Assembly (NCBI GenBank): GCA_030745655.1 | Contig: JASLOE010000001.1 | Coordinates: forward strand, 5,351 to 69,350 | DNA length: 64,000 nt | Origin: Nitrososphaerales archaeon | GTDB lineage: Archaea; Thermoproteota; Nitrososphaeria; Nitrososphaerales; JACPRH01 | Direction of reading: 5' to 3' | Shown: positions 29,342 to 37,956 of the stretch, piece after piece | Layout of the letters: each line of letters opens with the position of its first letter | Position numbering within the stretch: position 1 is the first letter of the stretch | Position numbers and translations under genes: made by a program | Notes under the pieces: model-generated | What the model was told of the DNA's origin: nothing | Database searches by the model: none | The model's input: the letters and a program-made list of their open reading frames with translations, nothing else

Positions 29342-31113
29342 AGTGGATTAGTTTTTCGCTTAATTTCCACTATTTTATTCAACGTTTCAATTTCATTTAT
29401 TGTTAATCTTGAAGAGAATTTTTCTAGTAAAATTTTTGCATCATTACTCCTCGGGACTGTGAATAATTCATCTCCTTCATGAACATGCCTATCCATGATT
29501 ACTTCATTAATCGATACAGCTACTTCAGACCCTTGGGAAGCTTCATCGATGTTTTCTCCCTTTTCTTGAAGTTGACGAATCGTTCCAATCATTTTTGCTG
29601 AAGAATTCATAACCTCTGATTTTTGTCTTAATCTACCTGCCGAAACTTCTACACCGAATACAGCTGGACCACTTCGTCTGAAAATATACCCCTTCATCAC
29701 TTTGAAGGAACAAGGCGGAGTTAAAGATTTGAATTCACCTTTTTCTGCTAATTCTCTTTCTGAATTAACCCAACTTGAGTACTCCTCAATTATACTATAT
29801 ATTACAGGATTAGAAAAGACTTTGATATTTCTATTTTCAATTTCTTTTTCTGCATCTGGAAGAATTTTTGTATTAAAAGCCAGAACTACACCATGATAAA
29901 GGTCTTTATCAGCCACAGCTTTTGCTTCTACAACATCGCGCCTAGAAACAGGCCCAATATCAGCTATCCTAATAGGTACATTTCTTTGCTTCAACATTTC
30001 AACAAGAGCCTCAAGACTACCGAGAGTATCAGCTTTCAAAATTATTCCAGTATGATCAGTACAGATAAATGCCCTACGAATTTCGCGATAAACAACTTTA
30101 GCTAGATCCTCAATTTTATCACCAAGTTCGAGGCCAATAAAAGGTGATCCCGGTAAAACACCATCTAAATCGGGGGTGACGATTTTCACACCCGTAGCAG
30201 CCCCTACTTCTTCTACAGAGGAAAATTTATCCCGTGGATCTCTCATTTCGTCCAAAGGTTTAGGCATAAACATAGCTTTAAGATGGGTTACTATTGCTTC
30301 ATCACGCTTACCCACAACGATTTTATCACCAGTTTTCAAGATACCATCCAATAGAACCACATTTGCAGTTGTTCCAATACCGGATTCCTCTTTTATTTCT
30401 AGAATTATTCCACGGGGTTTCCCATTGGATATTTTTAGTCGTTTTGCTAAATATTGTTGAGTCAATCCCACAAGAACTGCAAGAAGCTCAGGAATACCTT
30501 CACCTGTTTTAGCACTGACTGGAACAATAGCTATTTCTTTTGTGAAGTCTTTTATTCTATAGAATGCTTCGGATTCAAAACCTTGTCCTGATAGATTTCC
30601 CATAATTGAATAAATCCGGTTATCTATTTCGTCAATAATAGGTTTAGATTGGTTTTTCAGAGATTTCCCAATAAACATATCAGCTCCTGGGCGCCAACCA
30701 GATATCATATCGATCTTATTCATTGCAAGAACGAATGGAACTTTCCTATTCTTCAGAATATCCATGCTTTCAAAGGTTTGAACTTCAAAACCTCTGGCTG
30801 AGTCTACTACTAAAATAGCAATATCAGCAGCTGAACCACCTCTACTTCTAAGGTTCGTAAAAACTTCATGACCTGGTGTGTCTATAACAAGAAGTCCTGG
30901 AACTGCAATTTCTCCACCAACTTGTTTAAGCAATGGACCACATACATCTTTGAGAGTATTCGTAGGAAAAAAACTCGCTCCAATATGCTGAGTTATTCCT
31001 CCAGCTTCGCGAAACTGAACTCCTGTTCCTCTTATTTTATCCAACAATGAGGTTTTCCCTGAATCAACATGTCCAAGGACTACAACAACAGGTTGTCTGA
31101 ATTCTTTATTCAA
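29329..31113 (-). CDS. infB: Translation initiation factor aIF5B (IF-2)
   Basis: PVVVVLGHVDSGKTSLLD, DTPGHE and NKID GTPase motifs; 594 aa. Confidence 0.95.
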   Translation of the reverse strand: MNKEFRQPVVVVLGHVDSGKTSLLDKIRGTGVQFREAGGITQHIGASFFPTNTLKDVCGPLLKQVGGEIAVPGLLVIDTPGHEVFTNLRSRGGSAADIAILVVDSARGFEVQTFESMDILKNRKVPFVLAMNKIDMISGWRPGADMFIGKSLKNQSKPIIDEIDNRIYSIMGNLSGQGFESEAFYRIKDFTKEIAIVPVSAKTGEGIPELLAVLVGLTQQYLAKRLKISNGKPRGIILEIKEESGIGTTANVVLLDGILKTGDKIVVGKRDEAIVTHLKAMFMPKPLDEMRDPRDKFSSVEEVGAATGVKIVTPDLDGVLPGSPFIGLELGDKIEDLAKVVYREIRRAFICTDHTGIILKADTLGSLEALVEMLKQRNVPIRIADIGPVSRRDVVEAKAVADKDLYHGVVLAFNTKILPDAEKEIENRNIKVFSNPVIYSIIEEYSSWVNSERELAEKGEFKSLTPPCSFKVMKGYIFRRSGPAVFGVEVSAGRLRQKSEVMNSSAKMIGTIRQLQEKGENIDEASQGSEVAVSINEVIMDRHVHEGDELFTVPRSNDAKILLEKFSSRLTINEIETLNKIVEIKRKTNPLYAF

Positions 31114-31230
31114 TTAACTCACTTTCAAGAATATTATCTGAGATAGAAGAGGGGTATAAAGGATATAGATTAAATTTTTGGTATCTTAAGAAAAAAGATA
31201 AATTCCTCGTATAATAATAAAAACGCAAAT

Positions 31231-31626
31231 TTAGAAAATTATTTTAGATTCTCTTTCAAAACTTTCTTTTGAGTCAGAAGCATGGATGACGTTATCTGTT
31301 AAATTAAGACCAAAGTCTCCCCGAATAGTACCTGGTGCAGCTTCATCTGATTTTGTTGATCCAATCATTTGCCTTACAACTTTGATTGCAGTACTCCCTT
31401 CAAGTATTACTGCTACAACTTTATCTGATATTATGAATTTGACTAAACTTGAAAAGAATTTTTTTTCAGAGTGAGGTAAGTAGAATTTTTCAGCTTGCTC
31501 TTTTGTAAATTGGAATACTTTCATACTATGAATAGTGAACCCTCTTTTTTCAAATCTTGACAATATAGTTCCAACTAGTTTCTTTTGTACACCATCAGGC
31601 TTTATGACAATAAGAGTTTGCTCCAA
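31231..31626 (-). CDS. ndk: Nucleoside diphosphate kinase
   Basis: QTLIVIKPDGV, GTIRGDF and NVIHASD (catalytic His). Confidence 0.9.
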   Translation of the reverse strand: MEQTLIVIKPDGVQKKLVGTILSRFEKRGFTIHSMKVFQFTKEQAEKFYLPHSEKKFFSSLVKFIISDKVVAVILEGSTAIKVVRQMIGSTKSDEAAPGTIRGDFGLNLTDNVIHASDSKESFERESKIIF

Positions 31627-31628
31627 TC

Positions 31629-31823
31629 TTATTTCTTACTCTGGGGTTTTTGATATGCAGCTGTCCATTTATACTTTCTAGGATCTCTCTTTAGCTTTTG
31701 GGTATTTTTTCTACATTTGGATGAACAAAAATGTTGGATAACACCATCATTTCTGATGTAAGTAATACCATAAGATGCAATTATATCGTCTCCACAGAAG
31801 GCACATTTTTTTTCGCTTAACAT
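31629..31823 (-). CDS. rpl24e: Ribosomal protein L24e (eL24)
   Basis: CAFCGDDI...FCSSKC zinc motif; 64 aa. Confidence 0.9.
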   Translation of the reverse strand: MLSEKKCAFCGDDIIASYGITYIRNDGVIQHFCSSKCRKNTQKLKRDPRKYKWTAAYQKPQSKK

Positions 31824-31832
31824 TCTTTAGGC

Positions 31833-32039
31833 CTACTTTATCTTCTTGGCCTCTCGTTCTGTCTCTCTCAACATAAGGATATCTTCAAGACGAATTGGAC
31901 CTTTTACATTCCTTGTTAGGATTCTACCTTTTTCTGACCCTTCAAGTAGTTTGACACGAACTTGAGTTATTTCACCAGCTACTCCAGTTCTTCCAACAAT
32001 CTGAATTACTTCAGCGGGAGTTATTCTCTCCTCCGACAT
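31833..32039 (-). CDS. rps28e: Ribosomal protein S28e (eS28)
   Basis: [38 protein letters not shown]. Confidence 0.9.
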   Translation of the reverse strand: MSEERITPAEVIQIVGRTGVAGEITQVRVKLLEGSEKGRILTRNVKGPIRLEDILMLRETEREAKKIK

Positions 32040-32059
32040 TCTCAGATCTCTTCCTGCAA

Positions 32060-32434
32060 TTAACCTTGTCTGATCTTCTTGATAGCAGTCACTATCTGTT
32101 CTATAAGACCTTCAGATTCGCCAGTTTCGATAATGCAAGCCGCAGCTGCACCTAAATCTATTCCTAATACTGGTCCCATCTGGGATCTAGTTGGAACATA
32201 TATGAAAGGTATACTTCTCTCGTCACAGAGAATAGGTAAATGCGCCACTACTTCTGGGGGCTCAATGTCCTCTGCAATAATAACTAGTTTAGCTAGATTG
32301 CGCTCTATTGCCTTTGTAGTTTCATTTGTTCCTTTCCTAATCTTACCAGTCTGCCTAGCTTGCCTTAAAGCTTCATATCCTGCTTCAGCTATCTCTTTTG
32401 GTGTTTCAAACTTTACAAAGTAAGGTTTAGACAT
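32060..32434 (-). CDS. rpl7ae: Ribosomal protein L7Ae (K-turn binding protein)
   Basis: [42 protein letters not shown]. Confidence 0.95.
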   Translation of the reverse strand: MSKPYFVKFETPKEIAEAGYEALRQARQTGKIRKGTNETTKAIERNLAKLVIIAEDIEPPEVVAHLPILCDERSIPFIYVPTRSQMGPVLGIDLGAAAACIIETGESEGLIEQIVTAIKKIRQG

Positions 32435-32479
32435 TAACTTATTGCCTCCATAATATTGGCAAAATTTTCTCTTTTTATT

Positions 32480-32500
32480 GGGTTCATCTGCTCATCACCC
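32480..32500 (-). promoter_or_regulatory. Candidate K-turn/K-loop hairpin in the L7Ae 5' leader (autoregulatory L7Ae binding site)
   Basis: The minus strand reads GGGU-GAU-GA-G-CAGA-U-GA-ACCC. That is a 4-bp C stem (GGGU/ACCC), a 3-nt bulge, tandem sheared G.A/A.G, a G.U pair and a 4-nt loop. It lies 46-66 nt upstream of the L7Ae ATG and downstream of a TTTAATTA TATA-like element. Confidence 0.45.
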
Positions 32501-32535
32501 TTGCGACTTGGCGATACTTATCAGGTAATTAAAGC

Positions 32536-32796
32536 TTATCTACCCAAAAACGGTTGGGTAATATTATTTTTCAGTATATTCCAATCAATGATTTTGGCTT
32601 TTTCAGTGGTCTTGATATAGGTTAAGACCTGTGTTAATGCCTCTCTGAGTAATTCGCCTACTTCACTTTCTAACTCTCTTCGTTTGTTCTCAATATCTAT
32701 CGGTGCCATGAATCTCATTCTGCACATCTTGGATGCAGTACACTTCTTGGAGGTCATCCTAGCCCATCTGCAATACAAATATTCTGATCTGAACAT
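32536..32796 (-). CDS. Hypothetical small protein (possibly only 57 aa, from the Met at 32709)
   Basis: The ORF has a helical, charged C-terminal half (IENKRRELESEVGELLREALTQVL). I recognise no motif and the start is unclear. Confidence 0.3.
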   Translation of the reverse strand: MFRSEYLYCRWARMTSKKCTASKMCRMRFMAPIDIENKRRELESEVGELLREALTQVLTYIKTTEKAKIIDWNILKNNITQPFLGR

Positions 32797-32832
32797 CTTT
32801 CTCCATCATAACCAACTTATAGTTTGCTGCGG

Positions 32833-33885
32833 CTATTTGTACCAATCTAAGCTATCTGTAACGTACGTCAAGAGCGAGTCGAAGAACTTCTTCGCTTCAC
32901 CCGTCATCTTCACCTGCATCATTAGTTCTTGGGCCTTTTCCGCATGAAACCTTGACCTCTCCTTCGCAGCGTCAAGTGCTCCACAGGTCGTTATGCCTCG
33001 CCGGATAACTTCTAGCTCTTCGCCAGATATTCGCCGTTTAGATCCTATGCTTCTGAGCAGTTTCAACGTTTTATCATCAGCCATCTTCAAAGTGTAAACG
33101 ATGTGCAAAGGCTTTTTCCCCCTCAGAATGTCCCCCGCAGGCTCTCTGCCATACTGCTCCTTGGATGTGAAGGTATCAATAATATCGTCCTGAATGTCGA
33201 AGGAATAACCTATATTCTCAGCAGCTTCAGATAGGATAGGTATATCCTCTTCAGGCGCATCTCCCAACATAGCACCTATGAGAATCGTAGTCTTGAATAG
33301 GGATGCCGCCCTCTTTGAAGCCATGGTGTACCACTCTTCAACATCTGGCTCTTTGTACTCGAACAGTAGGTCGAGTATCTGAGACTCATTTACCCGCAAG
33401 AAATCTTCATTCAATAGATCCACCGCCTTCGCTACTTTACTTCTTTCGAAGCCTGATGAGAAGAATTTCTGAACAGCCAAGGTATAAGATATATCCCCCG
33501 TGAAGACCGCGACTCCTTTTCCCAACCTCTCATCATGACTCTCAAATAGTCCCTGAAACACCCTTCCTCCACGCCTAAAATCCTCTCCGTCTACCAGGTC
33601 GTCATGCAAAAGAATACTATGCCTATACAACTCGATACCAGTACAAGCTGAAAGTATGGCATCATCTATACCGCCTCTGTAGCCAGAGTAGGTGATAAGC
33701 GTGTACGTTGATGCAAGCCTCTTACCTTTCCTTAGAATATACTCAGCTAAGCTACTGTAGACTCTATGTATAAACGGGTGATACTGTTCAGATTCTGTTT
33801 CAAGTCTAGAGAAGTGCTCCTTAAGATGCTCCTCAATCATTAGGCCAAATCTATCGGCAGTCTTAACCCATTTCAAAGCTACCAC
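32833..33885 (-). CDS. trans-Polyprenyl diphosphate synthase (GGPP synthase / IdsA-like)
   Basis: First Asp-rich motif LLHDDLVDGEDFRRG and second FDIQDDIIDTF. G+C is markedly higher than in flanking genes. The start is the GTG at 33885 or the ATG 15 codons downstream. Confidence 0.9.
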   Translation of the reverse strand: MVALKWVKTADRFGLMIEEHLKEHFSRLETESEQYHPFIHRVYSSLAEYILRKGKRLASTYTLITYSGYRGGIDDAILSACTGIELYRHSILLHDDLVDGEDFRRGGRVFQGLFESHDERLGKGVAVFTGDISYTLAVQKFFSSGFERSKVAKAVDLLNEDFLRVNESQILDLLFEYKEPDVEEWYTMASKRAASLFKTTILIGAMLGDAPEEDIPILSEAAENIGYSFDIQDDIIDTFTSKEQYGREPAGDILRGKKPLHIVYTLKMADDKTLKLLRSIGSKRRISGEELEVIRRGITTCGALDAAKERSRFHAEKAQELMMQVKMTGEAKKFFDSLLTYVTDSLDWYK

Positions 33886-34156
33886 AATACAGTATCTGTG
33901 AATTACGTATAAACATGGTGATACCTACTTTTGAATAATAGTAGAGATAGCATTATACTTCTGAACCTAAATAGTCTTCAGTCACGCTTCTTAGTGAATA
34001 CTTTACGTCTTCGCATAGTCTTCAGGACTGTTTTCTTTTTTGCTGCTACAGCTGTAGCTATTATTGTAATGCCCGTGACCATTACTGCCACGTATGTTAC
34101 GGTGGCCGATTGACAGACTTCTTCAGTAACTTCTTTGGTCGTCGTTATTGTCTTAG

Positions 34157-34294
34157 CGGGCCCGCTGGGATTTGAACCCAGGATTTCCGGCTTCGGAGGC
34201 TTACACATCTCTTCAGCGCCCTAATCCTTTCTATAGTTACCTTGGATTCCATCAGCTAACTATTCTAGGTGAATACTGACTAGGCCACGAGCCC
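34157..34294 (-). tRNA. tRNA-Arg (anticodon CCG) interrupted by two non-canonical introns; no encoded CCA
   Basis: Hand-folded cloverleaf. Acceptor GGGCTCG/CGGGCCC; D stem GCCT/GGGC; D loop AGTCA^GGATTA. Anticodon stem CTG^GC/GCCGG; loop CTCCGAA; variable AAATC. T arm CTGGG-TTCAAAT-CCCAG; discriminator G. The intervening segments are 34228-34276 (49 nt, in the D loop) and 34201-34213 (13 nt, position 29/30). Confidence 0.75.
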
Positions 34295-34314
34295 AGAATG
34301 CAAATATAATTTTG

Positions 34315-34325
34315 TATTAATAAAA
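34315..34325 (-). promoter_or_regulatory. Candidate TATA box for the tRNA-Arg gene
   Basis: The minus strand reads TTTTATTAATA, centred about 26 nt upstream of the tRNA 5' end (34294). This is the typical archaeal spacing. Confidence 0.4.
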
Positions 34326-34453
34326 GTAGTCTCAATTTGAATGTGTACACTAATATTGCATCATTATAGGAAAAGAATGCAAGTCAAAAATAAAATCAGT
34401 AATAATTATGTTCTTAAGGAAACGAAATGTAGGTGCTTATGCAGGATTGAGAT

Positions 34454-35179
34454 ATGAAAAGTAGAATGATGAAGTGTTTTGCACTAGATGTTGATGGGAC
34501 AATAGCTGATAATGAAGGACACCTAGACCTTGAAGCAGCATCTATGTTGAGGAGTCTTGCAAAATTAGGATATCAAATAATATTTGTAAGTGGTCGTTCT
34601 GCATGGGAACTCATTATTCTGGCAAAATATTTAGGTACTTCTTTGGTATCGGTTGGAGAAAATGGTGGAGTTTTATCCACATCTCCTCTAGATATTCAGG
34701 TACTTGGAGATAAATCAAAAACTGAAACGGCTTATGATTATCTTTCTAATAAAATAAAAGGGGTTGAAATAAAACCAACAATGCCTCGCTTCACGGAAGT
34801 TGTATTAAAAAGAAATTTCGATATAGAAAATGGGAGAAAACTGTTGTCTGAGAACAATATGCCAGTGAATCTCATCGATAGTACATTTGCATATCATATC
34901 ACCGATAAAACGGTCAATAAAGGGACAGGGTTAAAGTTGGCACTTGAAAAACTCAAGATTGACCCTGCAGAAACCATAGCAATTGGAGATAGTGATACAG
35001 ATATACCAATGTTCAAATTATGCAGATATAGTATAGCAACAGGAAAACCTACAAATGGTGCAAAAGAGACTGCCAATTATACTGTAAATAGTAATCCGGG
35101 TGAAGGGCTTGTCGATGCTTTCCAATTATCTTTCCAAAAGATCCTGAATACAAACCTTGAGGAGGAATTAAAAAAATGA
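34454..35179 (+). CDS. HAD-IIB (Cof-type) phosphatase, archaeal phosphoglycolate phosphatase-like
   Basis: Motif I ALDVDGTIAD, FVSGRS and motif IV GDSDTDIPMF. Confidence 0.8.
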   Translation: MKSRMMKCFALDVDGTIADNEGHLDLEAASMLRSLAKLGYQIIFVSGRSAWELIILAKYLGTSLVSVGENGGVLSTSPLDIQVLGDKSKTETAYDYLSNKIKGVEIKPTMPRFTEVVLKRNFDIENGRKLLSENNMPVNLIDSTFAYHITDKTVNKGTGLKLALEKLKIDPAETIAIGDSDTDIPMFKLCRYSIATGKPTNGAKETANYTVNSNPGEGLVDAFQLSFQKILNTNLEEELKK

Positions 35180-37086
35180 GTTTTAGAGACTTTAAAGATC
35201 AAGTCAAGAAATGTATGATGGACTCGCTAGCAATAAATGATCTACCCGAACTAAGTTTTGAACCAATAGAACCACCAAGACCTGAGTATGGAGATCTATC
35301 AGTAAGTGTCTGCATTACAATAGCTAACAAAACAGGAAAAAAACCTACTGAGGTAGCGGAAAAAGTAGCTTCAAAAATCAAAATACCGGATAATTCTATT
35401 ATTGATAAAATCTCTGTTCACCCACAGGGATACATTAATTTCACAAACAAATATGCAAAATACGTTTATCAAACTCTTAGGAGTGTACTTGATAACTCTG
35501 ATTACGGGAGAGTGCAAATAGGAAATAACGACAAAATTGGGATAGAACATACAAGCGTTAACCCGAATAAAGCTCTTCATTATGGCCACTTGCGAAATGT
35601 TGTTCTTGGAGATTCAATCAAACGAATCCTAGAATTCACAGGGCATAATGTCCAGATCTTAAATTATGTTGACGACTCAGGTTTGCAGGTAGCTGACCTC
35701 GTAGTTGGATTTAGGCAAGCAGGTTTTCCCCTTGAACCAACAGGAAATATGAAGTTTGACCAATATTGTGGAGATATAGTTTATGTAAAAATAAACGAGT
35801 TGTATAACTCTAGAAAAGATCTAATAGAAGCCCAAAAAAAAGTTCTCCAAGAGCTTGAACAACAAGAAAGTGAAATAGCCAAATTCTCACATAAGATTAC
35901 TGGGCGAATCTTAAGAGAGCAACTCAAAACCTGTTGGCGAATCGGAGCACGATATGATCTTCTTAATTTTGAATCCCATATTCTTCAAACAAATATGTGG
36001 AACGACATTTTTTCTCAACTCAAATCAAAAACTTTAGTTGAAAAAGTATCCAACGGTAAAAATAATGGATGTTGGATTGTCAGAATTAAAGGAGAAAAGG
36101 AGGGAGAAGAAAAAGTTCTTCTGAGAAGTGACGGTACAGCAACATACATGGCGAAAGATATTCCATATGCTGCCTGGAAATTAGGTATTATCAAAGATAA
36201 ATTTGGGTACAAATTATTCCCAGAACAACCAGAAGGAGCAAATCTTTGGGCTACTACCACTGAAAAAACTGATATGAACCATCCTGAATTTGCACCTTAT
36301 TCCAAATCAATCACCGTAATAGATGTAAGGCAAGGCAGATTACAGAGAATTATCGCAATAATACTTTCAAACCTTTCAGAAAAAGAAGATCTAAAACGAT
36401 ATATTCACTTAGGGTATGAAGTTGTATTTCTAAGTGGAAAAACTGCTGAAGAAATAGGTGTCACTTCTGAAAGAAAACAAATCGTAAGTATGTCCGGTCG
36501 AAAAGGCATCTATGTAAATGCAGATGAAGTTCTTGACAAACTACATAAAAGAGCATTTGAAGAAACAAAAAAGAGGAATCTCGATGAAACTGATGAATGG
36601 TTACATGAAACTGCTGAAAAAATCATGATTGCAGCAGTAAGATTTGATCTTCTGAAACAGGATTTAGAAAAGACCATTGTCTTTGACCTTAACCGTGCAC
36701 TTGCACTTGAGGGCGAAACTGGACCATATCTTCAATATACTTATGCCCGTGCAGCACGAATAATTGAGAAGTCAGGTATTACATCATCGATCAAGAGTGA
36801 ATATGCAAAGAAACTTACAGATTCATCTGAAATAGCTCTAATTAAAGAAATATCTAAATTCGATCTTATTGTAGAGGATGCTGCAAATAATCTTGCACCA
36901 AAAATTGTCGCACGATATTTGTTTCATCTTGTTTCACTTTTTAATGCTTTTTATGAAAAAATACCTGTGCTTAAAGAGAAGGATGAAGATACCAAATTAG
37001 GAAGAATTGCAATGATTAAAGCTTTTCAAGTTGTTGTTCGAAATGGACTTCAAATTCTTGGAATAAATGCAACTGAAAAGATCTGA
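35176..37086 (+). CDS. argS: Arginyl-tRNA synthetase
   Basis: HIGH-type motif NPNKALHYGHLRN, class I architecture and a C-terminal DALR anticodon-binding domain; 636 aa. It overlaps the HAD gene by 4 nt. Confidence 0.95.
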   Translation: MSFRDFKDQVKKCMMDSLAINDLPELSFEPIEPPRPEYGDLSVSVCITIANKTGKKPTEVAEKVASKIKIPDNSIIDKISVHPQGYINFTNKYAKYVYQTLRSVLDNSDYGRVQIGNNDKIGIEHTSVNPNKALHYGHLRNVVLGDSIKRILEFTGHNVQILNYVDDSGLQVADLVVGFRQAGFPLEPTGNMKFDQYCGDIVYVKINELYNSRKDLIEAQKKVLQELEQQESEIAKFSHKITGRILREQLKTCWRIGARYDLLNFESHILQTNMWNDIFSQLKSKTLVEKVSNGKNNGCWIVRIKGEKEGEEKVLLRSDGTATYMAKDIPYAAWKLGIIKDKFGYKLFPEQPEGANLWATTTEKTDMNHPEFAPYSKSITVIDVRQGRLQRIIAIILSNLSEKEDLKRYIHLGYEVVFLSGKTAEEIGVTSERKQIVSMSGRKGIYVNADEVLDKLHKRAFEETKKRNLDETDEWLHETAEKIMIAAVRFDLLKQDLEKTIVFDLNRALALEGETGPYLQYTYARAARIIEKSGITSSIKSEYAKKLTDSSEIALIKEISKFDLIVEDAANNLAPKIVARYLFHLVSLFNAFYEKIPVLKEKDEDTKLGRIAMIKAFQVVVRNGLQILGINATEKI

Positions 37087-37128
37087 GAGTAAGATACAAA
37101 ACCAGTATTTTTTTCAAAAAAATAATAA

Positions 37129-37776
37129 TTATTGATTGAATGGTTTGTTCTCAGATAGAAATTTGTATGTTTGAGTTTCACTTTCTTTATCCATAAATTC
37201 TTCTAAATCTTCTTGAAGATCGAGATCCAGCATCACTGAATATAATTTGAGTATTGATACAGGAATTTTCTGTTCTGACGCATATTTTTTGTGTGTTGCA
37301 TAACTTGAAAAATCATATGAAGTCTTGATTACATCTGGGGGTGAACGAAGTAAAGCATTCGTACCATCCATACGCTTAGAAGGAACGATTACAACAGATT
37401 GCGTATTTCTAGAAGAATTAACTATCTTTTTAATATCTCCAGGTTTTATAAGTGGAATATCTGCAGGAATAATTATGGTCGAAGAAGCTCCATTATTCAA
37501 ACAATATTCATTCGCAATTTTTACAGCAAAATTAACACCCCGTTGTTCTTTTTCCAATATTGTAGAAAATCCGAATGATTTTGTTAGATTTACGACTTCT
37601 TGTTCAGGAGTAACTACAATAGTCGATTCTATTTCGTCTGATGATGCAATTGATTTTAGAACATCATGAAGCATAAAGATGGATAGATTTATTCGCTCTT
37701 CTTTATTTAGAAAATTGGAGAGTCTTAACTTGGCAAAATCTAATTTCTTCACTGGTATTATGGCGTGTAGATTCAA
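37129..37776 (-). CDS. cofC: 2-phospho-L-lactate guanylyltransferase (F420 biosynthesis)
   Basis: AIIPVKKLDFAKLRLS, IIIPADIPLI and MDGTNALL match the CofC pattern. Confidence 0.75.
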   Translation of the reverse strand: MNLHAIIPVKKLDFAKLRLSNFLNKEERINLSIFMLHDVLKSIASSDEIESTIVVTPEQEVVNLTKSFGFSTILEKEQRGVNFAVKIANEYCLNNGASSTIIIPADIPLIKPGDIKKIVNSSRNTQSVVIVPSKRMDGTNALLRSPPDVIKTSYDFSSYATHKKYASEQKIPVSILKLYSVMLDLDLQEDLEEFMDKESETQTYKFLSENKPFNQ

Positions 37777-37956
37777 ATAAGTACATTCTTCTGATTTAGG
37801 CTACTTATATTGTCTTCTTGATTGCATTTAGATAACATATTTTTTTCACAATAAAATAAAAAGTAATATGTTCTATTTTTGATAAAGTTTCACCATAGAT
37901 CTCAAATAAATAATAGGTTTAATAATTAAAAAATAATAATCTATGATGTGCAATAA

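Noticed and set aside
32478-32490. TGGGTTCA match to the tRNA-Arg T arm, considered as a possible att direct repeat bounding the GC-rich island.
   Set aside because: The match is only about 8 nt and is in inverted rather than direct orientation relative to the tRNA. It is already explained as one arm of the L7Ae-leader K-loop hairpin. I found no integrase or other recombinase.
34092-34208. N-terminal part of track ORF 33978..34208 (MCKPPKPEILGSNPSGPAK...).
   Set aside because: This stretch is the translation of the 3' half of tRNA-Arg (T arm and acceptor) and is not coding.
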